A stretch of DNA of 64,000 bases from Oculina patagonica (lineage: Eukaryota): the NCBI RefSeq assembly GCF_052425735.1, contig NC_135765.1, forward strand, positions 6,262,001 through 6,326,000, read 5' to 3'. The notes under the pieces are model-generated. The model saw only the letters and a list, made by a program, of their open reading frames with translations, made no database searches and was not told where the DNA came from. Of this stretch, positions 60,466-64,000 are shown piece after piece; position 1 is the first letter of the stretch, and every line of letters starts with the position of its first letter. The translations under genes were made by a program, and so were the position numbers.

Positions 60466-62704
60466 CAAGAGTGTCCCCCGGCTCTCCGGTCAGCGGTAGA
60501 TCAGCGGTAGGGCCGAAGGGAGACACTCTGGAAAACTGAAATGTATTCCCTTTTTTTATTGGTCATCCACAGAACAATAGAAATCCACCAGGAAGTCTAA
60601 AAATGATCCCCAGAAGTTAACCAAACCGTAAAAACCCTGGAAAAACATTCTTTTTGTTTTCGATGGTCAGACGTTCGAAGTATCAACATAACTTTAACTT
60701 TTCTTTGAACACACCTTAGGACTCGTGATATGGCGCTACATAAATGAAGTATTTTCTAATGGTACCCTTCTCATTGAACTCAAAATATACCATGAATAAA
60801 AAAGACTTCTTTTAAACGGCGTTTCTGAACGGAGTCTAAAAGCAACAACGACGGCGACACCGATTGGCGACACAGAGGACAAGGTCGATTGAAAACTTAA
60901 TTTATAGTTGACTTACAAATCTCGCTAGACATACTGTTTCCATTCAAATATCCGTTTCGGCTGGAAAACTAAATATCGAAGACATTGTTCGATTCCAGGT
61001 AATAACTTATGGCAATGCAACGCAGAATTTGAGCACATTAGACACACTAAGTCGCAGCGACCTGTCGCCTAGTGTGTACTGTTTCAAAACAAGTCGCTGC
61101 GACAAAGCGTTTGTTCGGTGCGCAAACAGTGAATTTGGAAAAGTGAGAATGCGAACTAGTTTTCCAATTCAATATGGCGACAATACATGACGGTCTCTTA
61201 TTGGATAATTTATATTTTGTCGAAAATTTGTCGCAGAAGTGTACACACGCTGCGACAACGCTGTTTTTGCTCATTTTGTCGCTGCGATGTGTCGCACGAA
61301 TTCAAACCAGTTTGAATTCGTGCGACACATCGCAGCGGCAAAATTCTGTCGCAACGACTTGCTTGTCGGGACTGGGAAATTTATTTGTACTCGCTATTAC
61401 GTGTATTTGTTGGCTGAGCTATCGAATTTGAGTGCGAATTTTTTTTATATAATTAAAAAAATAAGAAGCCGAGGTGCAATCTGGAATCACCTCCCCCTTA
61501 GGTTACGCACCTCTTCATCTGTAAATATCCTTAGGAATGCTTTGTATAAATATTTTAAATTAAGTCAGCTCAAGAATAATGTTTTTACTCCTTTTTTAGA
61601 TAATAACTTTTAGATTGTGTTATTTAGTAATAATTACCTTTGGATCAATATTGTAGATTAGTTTTTAAATTTTTAACTTACATTTCGATTTTAAATTAGG
61701 TTTTAACTAAATTTTAAATTAGATTATTGTTTATAGTGGATTCTTAATTTTTTAGTACATTAGAGAGGGCCACAAATTTATTAGTTGTAAAACTATTACG
61801 TGTAACCCTCTATAAATAAAGTTTGATTGATTGATTGATTGATTGATTGAAATTAAATCTCCAGTTCACGTTGTCTTCGGCTTCGCCGTCGTGATTTCCG
61901 AGCAGTATTTCTTTGGGGTACCACAGATGTCTTTTGCAGTGAAACACGTTTTGCTTTATGGGGAGAGCATAAATAGTAGTTTTGACCAATTTCAGCGAAA
62001 ATTGCATAAATTGTCCAAGTAGGTGGTACAGATCATCGTAAATCTGGCAAAATTACGGCCTAATTTGATATTCCAGCTAGTTAAAAAGAACAACGGCGCG
62101 AACTTATTGCACTCAAATTAGACCAGTCTATAGTTCAAAGACTGTTGTTTCGAGGATCGAGATCTCCGATGAAAGCTAGTTGAAGAAGTATGATTTTTCG
62201 GCTACATTCCAGAGGCGGTACCAAATTCTTCGATGTGGAAGTTGCATGCCTTGTGTAAATATTTGTATTCTGCACACGAATCGAAATTTTAAACTCCCAG
62301 AACTGCTCTCGCGCGCTATAAATCGCCAAGAAAACGGCATAAAAACAAACCTAAACAATGCAAAAATATTTCTACCTTATTTTATTACAATTAAAAGTCG
62401 TAAAAGACGATTTTAGAAAGCTTTAATGTATTTACAATAGCAATTAGTGAAGAAATTTGAATATTCATATGGGCATGCTGTGACTTCACAAACATAGGGT
62501 GGTAAGCCTGTGCTTCGATAAATACCACTTCCCCCGATAGTGTGTTAGAAATAGTTTAACTTTCTCGATTTACTTCCGTTCTGGGAAATTTACTTCCGCT
62601 TAGACCTAAGAGCAGCCGCAATAAAACCTGAAAACGATTTGATCAATTCCATTTTCCCAGAATCCGTCCCGCACCGCTGACCGACGGACTCTGGGCTCGA
62701 GATT
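60466..62704. mobile_element. Second copy of the 41163-42452 Mutator-like element, left TIR truncated, with nested insertions
   Basis: Colinear similarity 60466-61040 vs 41170-41710 and 62540-62704 vs 42250-42452, ending ACTCTGGGCTCGAGATTG. Confidence 0.8.
61465..61850 (+). mobile_element. CR1/L2-like LINE 3' end with (TTGA)n tail
   Basis: RGAIWNHLPLRLRTSSSVNILRNALYKYF, AT-rich 3' region, AATAAA, then TTGA repeats. Confidence 0.7.
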
Positions 62705-64000
62705 GACCTTAGGTGTGAATTCGCGGTTAAATCCCAGGCTCAGAATTTTAAGATTGCCGATTTATGGCTTTCTTTTGAAAGATACAGAGAAAATTTCAAC
62801 TGGAGCTGATTTACGATAGAAACGTTTAATTACCTAGAAATACCCGTGGTATGACCGACCTAGGCCGGCAAATAACGTTTTTATTTTTTTCTACTTTAAT
62901 TTGTTTGGAAAAGAAACCATTTTTGTATACGCGCGGATTTGATTTGATTTGAGTCCGACTCGATCGACGAGCAAGAGTGAAGAATGCTGTTTGCTATTTA
63001 ATGCCGAATAAAATCAGCTCCACTTAAAATGAACCGTACTCAAAAAAGGTTCAGCATATTCAATTTACACTGCAGAGAATAAAGAAAAGCAAATGAAGTC
63101 ATATTAAAATATAGCACAAATATGCTGCAAAACTTAACTCATTTAAATCGATTTCAGTCGGCTTCCCGAACAATTCTCGATAAATGTTTTGAAAGAATCT
63201 TTGCTCACAGGGTGTAAAGCCTATTTCTCTGACTCATAAATACTCTTTGACTGGAAAGCAGTATTTTAAGCTATTCACACTTGTATTTAACAAATTAATA
63301 ATCTCTGCACTTTTCCCAGAAGAATTTTATTCTGATAAACAGTGCCAAACTGAATGAAATGCGTAGTGTCTACGTACGGCACAATATTGTGATTATTAAA
63401 TTGTCCGTTTATAATCAAATAATCTCATTTCCTTGCATAGGCGTACGAGGCGGGGGGGGCGAGGGGGGCTGCAGCCCCCCCAGTGCCGAAATTTTTCGGG
63501 CAAAATGCTTGGAATTCGGGCAACAAGCCTAGCGAAAAAATAGAAAATAAGCCGACAAATCTCACTAAAACGTTAAAAACTAATTACATCAACAGAAGTA
63601 TTGGAAATCTACCGAGCTTTGTGGTTCAAAAGTCCAAACTGGTTTCTCATTCACCTGCTTTCCTTTCCTTTTGCAAATTACTGTAATCATGTTCGATTTT
63701 CCTTGCAAATTCTGCGTGATCACTCAGTTTGATTCAGTTGCAATCAGCTTTTCTATAGCTTGAGCGTTTGCAAGCGGTGAACCCAGTGTAAGACCTTGAA
63801 ACAAAGCTGTTTCAAATGTGATGGAGCTGATGTTTTTCTCAAATGTTAAGTTCTCAGGGCAAGCTTAAAACTTTCGACCGATTCATCCCTTATGGTTTCA
63901 CACGCTTTTGTGCAACTTGCAAGTGGGGGGGGGGGGGGGGGGGGAGGGACAATGTAAATTGGCTTGCCCAAAGTACTTTAATTTTCGCTGAACTAGGGTG

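Noticed and set aside
63780-63810. LCFKV on the minus strand as the missing MSP FKVKTT exon
   Set aside because: Continues LHWVH rather than KTTAP and lies in repeat-like sequence.

Overview
AT-rich, intron-rich, repeat-dense animal DNA; the SINE/MITE repertoire and domain content suggest an anthozoan (coral-like) genome, which is an inference. The window holds a tandem array of five spliced minus-strand genes for IFI44-family P-loop GTPases that lack the TLDc domain. Exons were rebuilt by hand from GT-AG sites and the phases join into open frames. The GTPase core carries swapped N-terminal modules. G1 (5625-13423) has a basic-aromatic leader MAFFRKIFGG, a coiled coil, the GTPase and a SAM-like domain. 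G2 (15234-22974) has a myristoylation-type leader MGNGDSK with the same body. G3 (25944-36915) is DZIP3-type HEPN (intact RNxxYGH) + TRADD-N-like + GTPase + SAM-like. G4 (39235-47102) has the same HEPN + TRADD-N-like front on a different IFI44 subfamily with no SAM-like tail. G5 (49524-53967) is preceded by two phase-compatible exons from the C-terminal half of a VAP MSP domain (57720-58919). In G3 and G4 the ancestral myristoylation exon survives upstream. It becomes a 9-codon uORF if spliced to the HEPN exon but is in frame if the HEPN/TRADD cassette is skipped. Promoters and first introns carry paralog-conserved NF-kB, STAT (GAS), IRF (ISRE) and ETS-like motifs. The rest is LINE, SINE, Penelope and MITE debris, several pieces with clear target-site duplications. 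Family assignments come from recalled motifs and need HMM or structure confirmation; no transcript evidence was available.
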